Assembly: GCA_963737065.1 (NCBI GenBank)
Contig: CAVTRC010000001.1
Span: forward strand, 2,176,001 to 2,240,000
Reading direction: 5' to 3'
Length of the DNA stretch: 64,000 bases
Origin: Candidatus Eremiobacteria bacterium
GTDB taxonomy: Bacteria; Vulcanimicrobiota; Vulcanimicrobiia; Vulcanimicrobiales; Vulcanimicrobiaceae
Shown here: positions 9,649 through 21,905 of the stretch, one piece after another
Numbering within the stretch: the first letter of the stretch is position 1
Layout: each line of letters opens with the position of its first letter
Notes under the pieces: generated by a model
What the model was told of the DNA's origin: nothing
Database searches by the model: none
Seen by the model: only the letters and a program-made list of their open reading frames with translations
Position numbers and translations under genes: made by a program

Positions 9649-10341
9649 GTGCACCGCGTATTCTTTCTCGTGGCCGTTTTTACGTTATTTATGCCGGTCG
9701 GCGGCGGTGCGGCAACTGCGCCGATCACAATCAATTCGTGTCAGCCGATCCTCCACAACAACCGGTTTGACACACCGGCGCCCAACACGCTGAGCGGCAT
9801 ACTGCAGCCCTCCACGAGCAACGGGATGCAGATCCAGTTCACGAACGAAACGAATAAGGTCGCGAACCTGATCAATTTCGACGTTCGCTCGAACGGCGTG
9901 CAGTTCGTCATTCGCGACGTCGGCACGTTCTCGCCGGGCGTTACGATCAACCACAACTATCGCAACGGCGCCGGACAAGCGTTCGTACTTCCGGCATTCA
10001 TTCCGCCGCACGTCAAATGCCACATTTCATTGGTGCGTTTTACCGATGGAACGACATGGCCGGCGAAGGATGACGTGGCTCCAACAACGGCATTGCGTGC
10101 GAATCCGTCATCCGTGACGATGACGATGGATACCGACTCGACGCTCGTCATGGTGTCGACGACCGGTTCGGTCGGCGGATTCAGCGAGAAGAACGATTGC
10201 AGTCGCATCGCGGCAATCAGCGTAGCGACCACATCACAAGCCTCGGCGGTTTACGTCATCCGTCCGATCGCGAAGGGCACGTGTACGTTCCATGTTAGCG
10301 ACGCGAGCCGAACGATCGACGTGCCGGTGACGATTCAGTAG
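9649..10341 (+). CDS. Secreted hypothetical protein
   Basis: Signal peptide, GGGAGG RBS, beta-rich with paired Cys. Confidence 0.7.
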   Translation: MHRVFFLVAVFTLFMPVGGGAATAPITINSCQPILHNNRFDTPAPNTLSGILQPSTSNGMQIQFTNETNKVANLINFDVRSNGVQFVIRDVGTFSPGVTINHNYRNGAGQAFVLPAFIPPHVKCHISLVRFTDGTTWPAKDDVAPTTALRANPSSVTMTMDTDSTLVMVSTTGSVGGFSEKNDCSRIAAISVATTSQASAVYVIRPIAKGTCTFHVSDASRTIDVPVTIQ

Positions 10342-10357
10342 TCCGCGTCGCTTTTGC

Positions 10358-11932
10358 TTGGCGTCACGCCGGCTGCAAACGTCGATCTCGCGCCGTATTC
10401 GCATCCACACTGCCCTCAACGCCGAACTGGTGTACCGTCCGCGCTTTGGTCGATCGTTCAATCTGTATGCTCGCGGGCGGTTCGTCAACGAGGAAATGCA
10501 GATTGGATTTGTCGATGAGTCTGTGCCAAGAATCAGCCCTTCTGATGTTCTTGTCGGAATTAGCGGCGGGCGCTTCACCCTATGGCACTCGAGAGACGGC
10601 CGCCAGATTCGCTTGCGCGAATCGCACTTACTCTACGCCCTCCGATGGGCGCCGAACCTTATCCAATTCCTGACACTGCTGACGAACGATAGAATAATTT
10701 CGCCGAACCATATGCGATGGGGTCCCCTCAACGCTTTGCCCTTCTTGCCGCGGTTGACAAAAGGTCGCCTCGTCCTATCTCCAGCATTTTGGCTACTTGA
10801 CCTTGCAGCGTTCCGTTCGTCCGCGGACAGATTCGCATGGCTTCAGGAATTCGCTCAGCGCTGGAAGATGCCGCAGTATTGCCTCTTCACTCAAGGCGAC
10901 AAGACGCTTCCCATAAAAATTGATTCTCCGTTCGCCGTGGAAACAATTGATCGTGCATCGGTGGGAAACGAGGTGGCGGTAATTCAAGAGTGGTTTCCAA
11001 ATCCCGAAAGCGGATGGCTTAAGGGTGGTGACAGCCATTACAATGCAGAGCTTGTTGCAAGTTTTGTACGCGCGCGTAACATTGAACCATCGCCACGACG
11101 CCCCGCTATTCGTTTCAATCGCGTAGATCGTCAGAAGTTACCCTCGTCTGATTGGACAGCTGTTCGGATCTTTTGCGGCCAGTCGCAGACCGACAGAGTG
11201 CTCGAAGTACTGCACAATCACATCTCGGAGGTGCGAAAAGGGCCGCACTTTCGCAAATGGTTCTTCGTACGATACAACGCTCCAAGGTACCATCTGCGTG
11301 TACGCATACAAGCTCGCGATTGTGATGCCCGCGGCATCATCATGGCCGGAATCATGCAGGTATGCGACGAGGTAATCGCATCCGGTTTGGCAGACGAATA
11401 TGAGTTCTTCACCTACAATCGTGAACTCGAGAGGTACGGGGGGACGGCCTCGATTCCGGTTGTTGAATCGATATTCCACAAGAACAGCGAACTAGTAATT
11501 GCTGCGATGGCTTCTTGCAAATCGGACGGCGAACGGTTGAAGTGGTCCGCTTATCACGCTGCTCTCGTCATCCAGGGCCTTTTGACTCCTACTGAACTTG
11601 GCGAATGGGTGCGTAACCAACGGCGGCACTATAGGCTCGACACGTCGGAACGACAATTTGTAAGAGCGCTAGCACCGCTTAAGCAGGACAGGGCAACGCG
11701 AAGGTTCACTCGGGAAGCAAATCTGCTCGCACGTCTGGAACGCGAGGGCCATCTCTTAGTGTCGCGCGCGGAAATCATTTCATCCGTGCTTCACATCCAC
11801 TTCAACCGCTTCGGGATTATTGATGAAGAGGGTCGCGCGAGAGCCATCGCTTTCGCCCTCCTTGCTTCTTCCACGGAACGACGTCCAGCTTCGGAGGAAG
11901 TCACTGACCGTGAAGCTGTGACTGTATCGTAA
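10358..11932 (+). pseudogene. lanB: Class I lanthipeptide dehydratase (LanB), C-terminal half including the elimination domain; N-terminus missing
   Basis: AELVYRP, LPFLPRL...LVLSPAFW, WFFVRY..P.YHLRVR, YNRELERYGG, SVLHIHFNR. 524 aa versus roughly 1000 for a full LanB; no good start or RBS. Confidence 0.82.
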
Positions 11933-11940
11933 GGACATCA

Positions 11941-13524
11941 ATGAACATTGTATCCTGGCTTGCAGCTTTTATTTTCGCCGTCGCGGCTGTAATGGACAAT
12001 CCCTCCATCCCTCAAGTATCGTCGGTGGCAGTTCCATCAGCCGAAATCAAAGCAGATAATGCGCGTTGGACGGCGCTTGGTGTAAAGCTCCCACCGCCAG
12101 GAATTGTTGAGCCGCGCCCATATGGAACGCCTTATTCTGCGCGGTCTTTCGTGGTACCGTGGGCATGGTATCAGTCGTTTTATCAACAGCTGCATGATGA
12201 GGATGACGCGCAAGTACGCGCGTCGGATCTGCGAGCCGACCTTCCGCTCCTGCAATTCTTGATGCAGAGAACCTATGCCGGCTACGAGACTGCCGCATCT
12301 AAGGGCTGGAACTGGAACGACTGGTTTGAATCGTGGGACAGACATCTTGGTGAATACGGCGACCGATCCCTAACCCTGCACGAAGCGTTTGATCCTTGGG
12401 GGAACCTCGAGACCTTCCAGTTGGACAACCACTCCGGTGTGGCGTCCCTTCAGGATTTCATCAGCGGTTCTGTCAGCGCTCTACTGTCTGGCAAACCCGC
12501 TGGCGCTTGCACCGACCTCAGGATGGACTCCGGCTCGCAACGCCAGCTTCACGTTCACGACCTTGGACAACAGCCGCATGAAGTCCACGGATGGTCCGGT
12601 TCCACTTGGTACAACGCAACATACATCAGCTATCCGGCGCGTGATGGAGTCGCAGCGTCAATTACGTGTGCTGGACGTGCTATAGCGGTCCACGATGTGA
12701 GTACCCGCGCTACAGCATCCAATCGCGAAAACGTCCTTTATCTCAGTGGGACACCGTCATACAAGCTCCTCGGATCGCGCATCGCTCTTGTTCGGCTGCC
12801 GACGTTTACAGTAGCTAACGACAATGCAATTACACGGTTATTGAACAATCAGGCCGGCGTCGGAACCGAGAAGGCCGTGATCTTCGATCTCCGGGGAAAC
12901 GAAGGCGGCAACGCCCCAACGAGCATTCTAAAGCATTGGATTAGCGCTGACGCTCTTCGTAGCGCCTCAGGCAGTCACGAGCAGGTTTCTTCAGATTCGT
13001 GCTTTGCGAACGCCCTCTATTTTAATCTGCAGGAGCAACTGTCGGCGAACCTGTCGCCTCCGGTGAACGCGCAGACGCGAGCGTTTCTACAATCGATGGT
13101 TGATTCACTCGACTATCCTAACAACAACGATTGCCAAGTGAAGCCCTCGATAACGACTAAGGGTCCGGCATTAAAGGACCATGTGTTTGAAACGTCCACG
13201 CCCGTAAGCCGTACCCGGCTTATTGCTTTAGTCGATAACGGTTGCGGAAGCGACTGCGAGTATTTTACTAAGGTCGTAGCGGCCCTTCCGGGAAGTGTGA
13301 TTGCCGGTACAAGCACCTACGGCGTGATGGGATTTACGCAACCTGGCTATTTCGTTCTTCCGCATTCGCGCGTCGTATTTAGGCTCGCGCTAAGCCGCAC
13401 CGACAACTACGGCGACAGTCGTTCTGTCGACGGTTACGGCATTGCTGTGGACGTGCTACTGGCAACCACTGACGCTGAGTCCGACGCGTCGTTATACAAG
13501 CTAGCACAAGCGCTATTGCGCTAA
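11941..13524 (+). CDS. Secreted S41-family peptidase
   Basis: Signal peptide, IFDLRGNEGG, CGSDCE and GTSTYG motifs; AAGGA RBS. Confidence 0.8.
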   Translation: MNIVSWLAAFIFAVAAVMDNPSIPQVSSVAVPSAEIKADNARWTALGVKLPPPGIVEPRPYGTPYSARSFVVPWAWYQSFYQQLHDEDDAQVRASDLRADLPLLQFLMQRTYAGYETAASKGWNWNDWFESWDRHLGEYGDRSLTLHEAFDPWGNLETFQLDNHSGVASLQDFISGSVSALLSGKPAGACTDLRMDSGSQRQLHVHDLGQQPHEVHGWSGSTWYNATYISYPARDGVAASITCAGRAIAVHDVSTRATASNRENVLYLSGTPSYKLLGSRIALVRLPTFTVANDNAITRLLNNQAGVGTEKAVIFDLRGNEGGNAPTSILKHWISADALRSASGSHEQVSSDSCFANALYFNLQEQLSANLSPPVNAQTRAFLQSMVDSLDYPNNNDCQVKPSITTKGPALKDHVFETSTPVSRTRLIALVDNGCGSDCEYFTKVVAALPGSVIAGTSTYGVMGFTQPGYFVLPHSRVVFRLALSRTDNYGDSRSVDGYGIAVDVLLATTDAESDASLYKLAQALLR

Positions 13525-14373
13525 CTTTACGTCGCGCGATCCGCACCGCACATATTGCCATAAGAGCGCGAGTGAGTCTCATATGCAGAGGCGAGGACGA
13601 GCACACCGTAAGGATCAGCATAGCAATCGTCCACTTGTTTCGTCGATTCACAGGCGCGCAAGTTACGACGGCTTCTTTGGCTGTCTAACGCCGAGGTCGC
13701 ACACCTAGAAGGTTTGACGATGTAAATGCGATTTTGCGTGTATGGGCGATGAGCACTAGATTGCGCACCGGCGAGAAAACAGCATTGGTGCGTCGACTCG
13801 TCGTTTAAAGCATTTCAAGATAACGGGTACCGGCTTTACGGTCGGTAAACGAGCGAAATGCCTTCGAAGCCTTTAAGATCACTCTAGATAAGCGATCCGA
13901 GTTTCCATTACTGCGATGAATGTAATGAAATAGCGCTCTGCCGAGCTCGTTCCTCACCACAACAGAACGCACGGTCGCATGGCCTCCGTCCCCTCGTTCG
14001 GGCTCATTGGTGCTATCGCGGGTCGCGGCGGTGCCGAACTAGCGCTGTGAAAGTTTCGCCGGCAGTCGTGAGTGGCGCGGAGCCGCACGCTACTTCCGGC
14101 GATCGCGGATGCACGTGTGGGTGAACTTCCGTACCTATTACGTAACGCGCGCGTGGATGCATGACCCGCGCCGCCCAGCTTGGCTCGAAAATCCTCGCGG
14201 GGAAAGACGTCGGCGGACATCCCGTCTTCACCCGAGTGAGGGGAAGCAGTCACGATGCGTTCTGTTGGCGTGAATTAAGGCATCTGGCGATTGGTAGTGA
14301 GGTTCGTCGAAGTCGATGATGCAGGCGCTTGCTGCTGCGCGTCGCGCACCGCTGACTTCGTCGCTTCATTCGT

Positions 14374-14845
14374 ATGGGAGTTCGAATCGTGGTTTACCTG
14401 ACGCTGGGAGCTTTTATCGTCGCTGGCGTGCTGCTCGGTCACTTTTGGGCGCGCCTCGGCCGCGACGAGTTGTGGATGCGCGGCGGCATCGGCACGCCGC
14501 TGGTCATGATGATCGCCGCTGCGCCGATCGCGGTGAAGTGCTGGTTCATCCTCCATGCCAATGACAGCAACGTCGTGCTTGAAGCCCACGCTGCACATCG
14601 AAGCGCGTCAAGTGCGTTACACTGTCAGCCAGGGCGATTACGCGCTGGTCTGTACGCGGCGCCGTCGCAGCGTCGTCGTTCATTGTCCCTCTTTCATTCA
14701 CGTTGGGCACTGTCCACGACATGGAACTATTCGATATCGCGTGGCAAGCGCAACTTATCTACAGTCCCGAACAGTCCCCAATAGCGATTCGTTTGGAGAA
14801 TTTGAAGTGCGGGGCGAGTTGAATTGGCTCGCGCGCTCAAACTAG
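14374..14845 (+). pseudogene. Small membrane protein, probably frameshifted near 14560-14590
   Basis: Two hydrophobic helices in ORF 14374, with plausible continuation in ORF 14555-14845. Confidence 0.35.
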
Positions 14846-15027
14846 CGACTCTCGCTGTTACAACCTGTGGGCATGAGGTACATTGGCGTGACATCAAGCC
14901 CTTGTCGCCAGAGGCCGTCGCCGAACCACTCGGCCTAGACTAAGGCAGTTAGGGAGCAAAGCAGTCGAATTGCCATGGTCTAGACGGGCCCCAAGGGCCA
15001 GGTGCCTTGCACCGCGAGGAAGGGATA

Positions 15028-15071
15028 TTGCGTCCTCCCAATTTGGAGGATATAATCTCCACATTAGGAGA
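15028..15071 (+). promoter_or_regulatory. sigma70 promoter with two operator palindromes for Xre-RES operon 1
   Basis: TTGCGT-N17-TATAAT; TCCTCC-N6-GGAGGA and TCTCC-N6-GGAGA. Confidence 0.75.
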
Positions 15072-15082
15072 GAAGTGGTCAA

Positions 15083-15511
15083 ATGGCTCTGATATACCCA
15101 GAGACCCGGTATGCGCCGCCGGACCTGGCCGACATCGCCGACGATGCCAATCGCGAGCGCCTAAGCCCAGCTGCCCTCGCGGCATTCTTCAATATAGTTG
15201 ACGCTTGGAAAATTGCCGCCGAGGACGCGATGCGTCTTCTCGGCGGAATGTCGAGCAGCACGTATTATAATCTGAAGAAGACGCCTAGGACTCTTGACGT
15301 TGATACGCTTCTTCGAACGTCGTACCTCGTCGGAATATACAAGGCGTTACACTTACTCCATTCGGATGCACTTGCAGATCGTTGGGTGCAGCTTCAGAAC
15401 CGAAACCCTATTTTCAAAGGGTCTACGCCGCTCGAATATATGATCCACGGCGGCATCCCAGCATTTCAGATAGTACGCCGACTTCTTGACGCGCGTCGCG
15501 GTGGCGTCTAA
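15083..15511 (+). CDS. Xre/MbcA/ParS antitoxin
   Basis: FFNIVDAWKI...LLGG, RTSYLVGIYKALH, W...N.NP.F.G.TPL...VRRLLDARRGG. Confidence 0.9.
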   Translation: MALIYPETRYAPPDLADIADDANRERLSPAALAAFFNIVDAWKIAAEDAMRLLGGMSSSTYYNLKKTPRTLDVDTLLRTSYLVGIYKALHLLHSDALADRWVQLQNRNPIFKGSTPLEYMIHGGIPAFQIVRRLLDARRGGV

Positions 15512-16184
15512 ACTTCCACCGACGACGCTCGTTAGGGCAAACGATACGCATCCGCTCATACCGACGCGGTTCGAAAACAGTGTGCTCGCAAAAATTGCCA
15601 ATTCAGACGAACATCTCGCCGCTATATTTGAACTCGATAATGCTACGAACGACCGGCTTTTAGCTGAAAATGGCTTCCTTCCAGGAATAGGGATCCACGA
15701 GCTCCTCTTCGGAGTGCCATATTACCGCATCGTTAACGCGGCGTTCACTCATGCCCATCCGCTTGGAAGCCGTTTCAATGGCCCGGATCGTGGAGCATGG
15801 TATGCCTCGTTCGCGATCGAGACGGCGCATGCAGAAGTTGCATATCACAAGACGCTGGAATTGGCTGAGATCGGCGTGTATGACGACGAGGTAACGTATC
15901 GCGATTATTTGGCCGATTTTAGCGCCGATTTGCACGATTTGCGTCTAGGCGATCCTGCGTTCACACCGTGCTTGCACCCTGACAAATATACCGATAGCCA
16001 AGACCTCGCGCGCGATTTGCTGTCGGTCGGCGCAATTGGCGTTGTCTATCCGAGCGTTCGGCATAAGGGCGGTACATGCATCGCGTGCTTTCGCCCCGCC
16101 GTCGTATCAAACGTTCGGGAATCAAAGGTTTACCGCTTCTCTTGGACTGGAACGACGACGCCCGCAATTGAAGAAGTTACCTAA
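15501..16184 (+). CDS. RES-domain toxin (NAD+ phosphorylase family)
   Basis: GSRFNGPDRGAWYA, TAHAEVAYH and VYPSVRH motifs; coupled to the antitoxin. Confidence 0.9.
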   Translation: MASKLPPTTLVRANDTHPLIPTRFENSVLAKIANSDEHLAAIFELDNATNDRLLAENGFLPGIGIHELLFGVPYYRIVNAAFTHAHPLGSRFNGPDRGAWYASFAIETAHAEVAYHKTLELAEIGVYDDEVTYRDYLADFSADLHDLRLGDPAFTPCLHPDKYTDSQDLARDLLSVGAIGVVYPSVRHKGGTCIACFRPAVVSNVRESKVYRFSWTGTTTPAIEEVT

Positions 16185-16317
16185 CTGAACCCGCCACTAA
16201 AACGCGGCATCGACTACTCCCAACTTGCGCTTTTCCTTTATACGTGATACGCGCCCGTACGCCATGGACGCATACTCGCAATGCTCCACCGACAGTCGAG
16301 CAATTTCTTCTTGATTC

Positions 16318-16497
16318 TTACGTGTATCCGCCTGCCTTGATCGCATCGAGCGCATCGATTAGCGGTCCAGCGCCGTCAAGTGCCAACACATCGATCGGTC
16401 GAGCTCCGTTTAAATGCGGTTCTCGCCCCACGAACCAACGTAGTGCTATTTCGGGGGTGAAAATGCGGAGCGCCCTTGCGCACGCTGCATCGATGTC
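16318..16497 (-). pseudogene. Orphan Xre/MbcA/ParS C-terminal (toxin-binding) domain, 5'-truncated
   Basis: Manual translation DIDAACARALRIFTPEIALRWFVGREPHLNGARPIDVLALDGAGPLIDALDAIKAGGYT*; no start codon before the IS481 junction. Confidence 0.7.
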
Positions 16498-16501
16498 CGA
16501 C

Positions 16502-16760
16502 TCAGAAGAAAATTATCAACGGTAAGGTTGGCCTTCTGAACCTCGCCAAGCAATTGGGTAACGTTAGCGAGGCATGCAAGGTCATGCGGTACAGCCGCGA
16601 TACGTTCTATCGTATTCGTTGATATGTACGAGATTGGAGACGAAATGGCGCTGCTCGAGATCACCCAACGAACGCCGAACCGAAAGAACCGTTTGGCACC
16701 GGATGGTTGAGGGAATTGTTACGCTTGCGATCGAAGCAGCCGTCGTACGAGGCAGGTCCC
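16502..16760 (+). mobile_element. IS481-family transposase N-terminal remnant
   Basis: KKIINGKVGLLNLAKQLGNVSEACKVMRYSRDTFYR...PNRKNR...LAIE.PSY, with frameshifts. Confidence 0.8.
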
Positions 16761-17581
16761 GCAAACACGCAAGCCGAAGAGGAAAATCCGATCCACCGAC
16801 GCTCGAGCGAATGCCGAAGAGTTCTGCGCGAATCCGATCGCTTGCGGCGTTGCGAACGTCTGGATGAACAGGAAGCAGTCCGGTTACGTTATGATCGCCG
16901 CGATCGACTTGTGCGACAGCGGACGGAGGCTGTAAATCGGCTGCGGGATGCCGCATTGCGGCTGGCGATTGGACCGCTGCCCTCGAACATGACGACCGAA
17001 ATTGCATTGCAGAATGCAGCAGATCTTCTAAGCGGTCATCGCGGTAAGAGGTATACCGGCGATGCGCTTGCTGATGAGATCGACGAGGCGATCTCGGAAA
17101 TCCGCCGGCTCAATGCTGCAGTGAATGCAGCTGGAACGCCAACTGCGCCCTTTCGTTAAGCGCCTTGCGCCCGAATTGCTGGAGCTTCGAGGCGTTTCTA
17201 TTGTCGTTGCTGCCGGGATCGTTGGGCATGCCGGCAATATTCGCATGTATCGCAATGCCGCGAGCTTCGCGATGCGCGCCGGGGCGGCGCCCGTTCCGTG
17301 TTCGAGCGGTCGCAACGCGAGCGTCCGTGTCAACACCGGTGGTGATCGTCAGCTCAATCGATTACTCCATGTTATTGCGTTGGTCCAAAACCGCACGCGC
17401 AATCATCCGGGCCAACTCTATTATGCGCGTAAGCGAGCTGAGGGCAAGACGCATCGAGCTGCGATGCGTTCTCACAAACGGCAGCTGGCAACGGTTGTGT
17501 TTTATCGGTTGCAACCGATGCAAGACCGACTTGCGCGCAATAGTCAGAATAGTATTGAAGTCGCCGCCTAACAGAGTTGAC
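16760..17581 (+). mobile_element. IS110-family transposase remnant (N-terminus lost, frameshifted)
   Basis: Degenerate GKSD..DA, RRDRLVRQRT...NRL, GAAPVPCSSG, GGDRQLNRLLH, YYARKRAEGKT. Confidence 0.85.
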
Positions 17582-17618
17582 TAAGCCGTTCCGCCTGATC
17601 TGACGCGAACGTAAGTTC

Positions 17619-19734
<2,116 letters not shown>

Positions 19735-19736
19735 CG

Positions 19737-20729
19737 CTACACCTTCCCTTCGCAGCTTCCGAGATGTTCGCTCTGCAGCGAAGTAGCGTATTCCGCCGCA
19801 GTGAGCTTGAGGTTGGCGACTAACCGCTTTTCCCCGGACTGTGGCGACCAGGGATGGCGCCGCTGTGGTCCTTTATACCTTCGATTTCTGATCCGGTGGG
19901 GTCGAAGCGGTGGAAAGTTCGATCCTATGATTCCGTGAATATGACGCTTGATTTGAAACACCGAACGCAGCGGACGTACGGAATTGAGCGCGTCGTGAAG
20001 CTCGAGCGATACCTCTGGCGCGCGAAATCTGCGCTGGTAGCGTAAAACCAGCAGAGCGTGTGCGGTTTGGCAAATGTCGTGCCGACTCCGCAATACCTTG
20101 CGCAAGAAGACATAAAGCTTCTGAGCACCCGGATAGGCAGGATTCAGCGCATATAAGGTATGGCGCCCAAAGACGCGGCCTTCCAATATTTCCTGACGTT
20201 GGAGATCTCTGAGCCGCCGGGATAGATCCGACCTGTCTGCGCCGAGCACCAGATCCATCTCCCGTGCGAACACCTGACTCACAGCGGCAACCATGAGAAG
20301 CACCGAGGTCCGCCCGTCAGTGCAAAAGAGGTTGCGCGGGATGTCTGCCGGCTGCGAAACGGACGCGCGCTTCGTATTGAGCCGCGCGTATCCGTCTGTG
20401 CTCGTTTCGATGCCGTAATGCTGTGCGAGGATCCGCAGGAACGTGCAGAGCTCGGCGAAGTGCGCCAGCCCTTTGTTGAGGGAGTAGCGGTACTTTCCGC
20501 GGATCAAGTGCTCTTTCCGGAGCTCCCGTATGTTGGTGACCAACTTACCTCGTTGCAAGCCAAAGTAGTCCGTGATGTCGCTACTCCGGCAGCCGGGTCT
20601 GGCTGCAATAAACATAAGAACTGCAGTCCTCGGTCCCCACCCGAAGATGCTGGGGTAACTGGCTGCCCGTCCGTCGACGTATGGAGCAACGCGATCCCGT
20701 GGCTGTATCTGTGGCATGGCTTTCCTCAC
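19737..20729 (-). CDS. Protein with two tandem winged-helix (ArsR/MarR-like) domains
   Basis: Internal duplication: IFGWGPRTAVL...YSLN and LFCTDGRTSVL...YALNP. Confidence 0.6.
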   Translation of the reverse strand: MRKAMPQIQPRDRVAPYVDGRAASYPSIFGWGPRTAVLMFIAARPGCRSSDITDYFGLQRGKLVTNIRELRKEHLIRGKYRYSLNKGLAHFAELCTFLRILAQHYGIETSTDGYARLNTKRASVSQPADIPRNLFCTDGRTSVLLMVAAVSQVFAREMDLVLGADRSDLSRRLRDLQRQEILEGRVFGRHTLYALNPAYPGAQKLYVFLRKVLRSRHDICQTAHALLVLRYQRRFRAPEVSLELHDALNSVRPLRSVFQIKRHIHGIIGSNFPPLRPHRIRNRRYKGPQRRHPWSPQSGEKRLVANLKLTAAEYATSLQSEHLGSCEGKV

Positions 20730-21091
20730 ATGGTGGTTGTGAGGTCATATCGGCCCAGCACCTGCCTCTGCACAACGGCGAAACGGCTGAGTACAGCTAC
20801 GGAAAAGGCCGTTCTAATTCAAGTAGTACGCAGTTCCACGCAGAAGATCGCGCTTCAACACTCGCTATTCAAATTTCAGGCCGCCAAATAAAACGGCAAA
20901 GCCAGCCGCGATAGACTTCGTCCGAGCCGATGTTCGAGCCCTCGGAACGTGACGGTTCGGGCGCGTCGTTTATCGTAACGTCGACGGAACGTGGCGCAGT
21001 GATCGCCGCGCGGATTTTCACCGTCATAGTTACAGTGTTCGTATTTCCGCAGCTGCGGATTGTGTGCGCCCGAACCCTCGCAAACGCGCCC

Positions 21092-21745
21092 TTAGAACAA
21101 CGCCACTACGGCGATGACGGCGGTGATTACAGTGCCGGCCACCTTTAGCGCGTTGATTAAGTCGTCGATCGCGGCCTGTACGTCCCAGTTGCAATACACG
21201 GTCCAGCGCCAGGTATAGGATGCGCATAAATCGGCCCACGCATTCTTGATGTCGTCGTTCGTGCCGATATCTGAGAAGCTAAAGTCGCGCGAGCCGCTGT
21301 CGATCGTGCCGTACGTTTCTCCCGCGTGGCTGAATGTGAACGCCTTGCCGCTCTGTGAAACGATAGCCCAGTTCGGCTCGATTTTGTAGCTCGGGAAGCC
21401 CGAATCGTGAAATGATCCGGAGAAGGCGTAGCCGCCGTCTTGATAGAGCGTCAGGGACATCGAGCCGCCTACGGGTACGCCACCGTCGAACGCGATATAG
21501 CCGGTGTTGAACGGCCCAAGTTGTGACGGTAGAGACGGTGCGCGCTTAGGCATCACGATGATGTTTTGCAAGAGCGCCGCCAGTCGCGGATCGACGATAC
21601 GTTCTTCCCTCTGTCCGGGAGAAACAGGCTGGGTAATGCGCACGGCGCTCTCGCCGCTGACCCTCGCCTGCATCGTACTCTGTGAGAGCGCATGGGTTGC
21701 CAACGCGTCGCTGACGTTAGCGCGATCGACGGTCCGATTATTCAT
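21092..21745 (-). CDS. Hypothetical protein with a beta-rich core and a C-terminal hydrophobic helix
   Basis: 217-aa ORF with GAGGAG RBS. Confidence 0.7.
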   Translation of the reverse strand: MNNRTVDRANVSDALATHALSQSTMQARVSGESAVRITQPVSPGQREERIVDPRLAALLQNIIVMPKRAPSLPSQLGPFNTGYIAFDGGVPVGGSMSLTLYQDGGYAFSGSFHDSGFPSYKIEPNWAIVSQSGKAFTFSHAGETYGTIDSGSRDFSFSDIGTNDDIKNAWADLCASYTWRWTVYCNWDVQAAIDDLINALKVAGTVITAVIAVVALF

Positions 21746-21905
21746 AACCAGTACTCCTCAGAAAACTGCATGCTCCGATCGTAGTACCGGGCCGTGCGCC
21801 CAGCGTGCGCGCCAATTCCGGCCGAGCAGCCGCCGCAAAATAGCATGCAACCGAGCAGTCGCCGGCGAATAGCCGGCCTTAATACCGTTTGCCTTTTGGA
21901 GTGAC

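Noticed and set aside
13525..14370. Lanthipeptide precursor or ncRNA in the long gap after the S41 gene
   Set aside because: No short ORF with a leader and a Ser/Thr/Cys-rich core, and no clear conserved structure.
16179..17600. Integron attC sites (ACCTAAC and GCCTAAC at gene ends)
   Set aside because: No matching GTTRRRY with complementary arms at a suitable distance, and no integron integrase.
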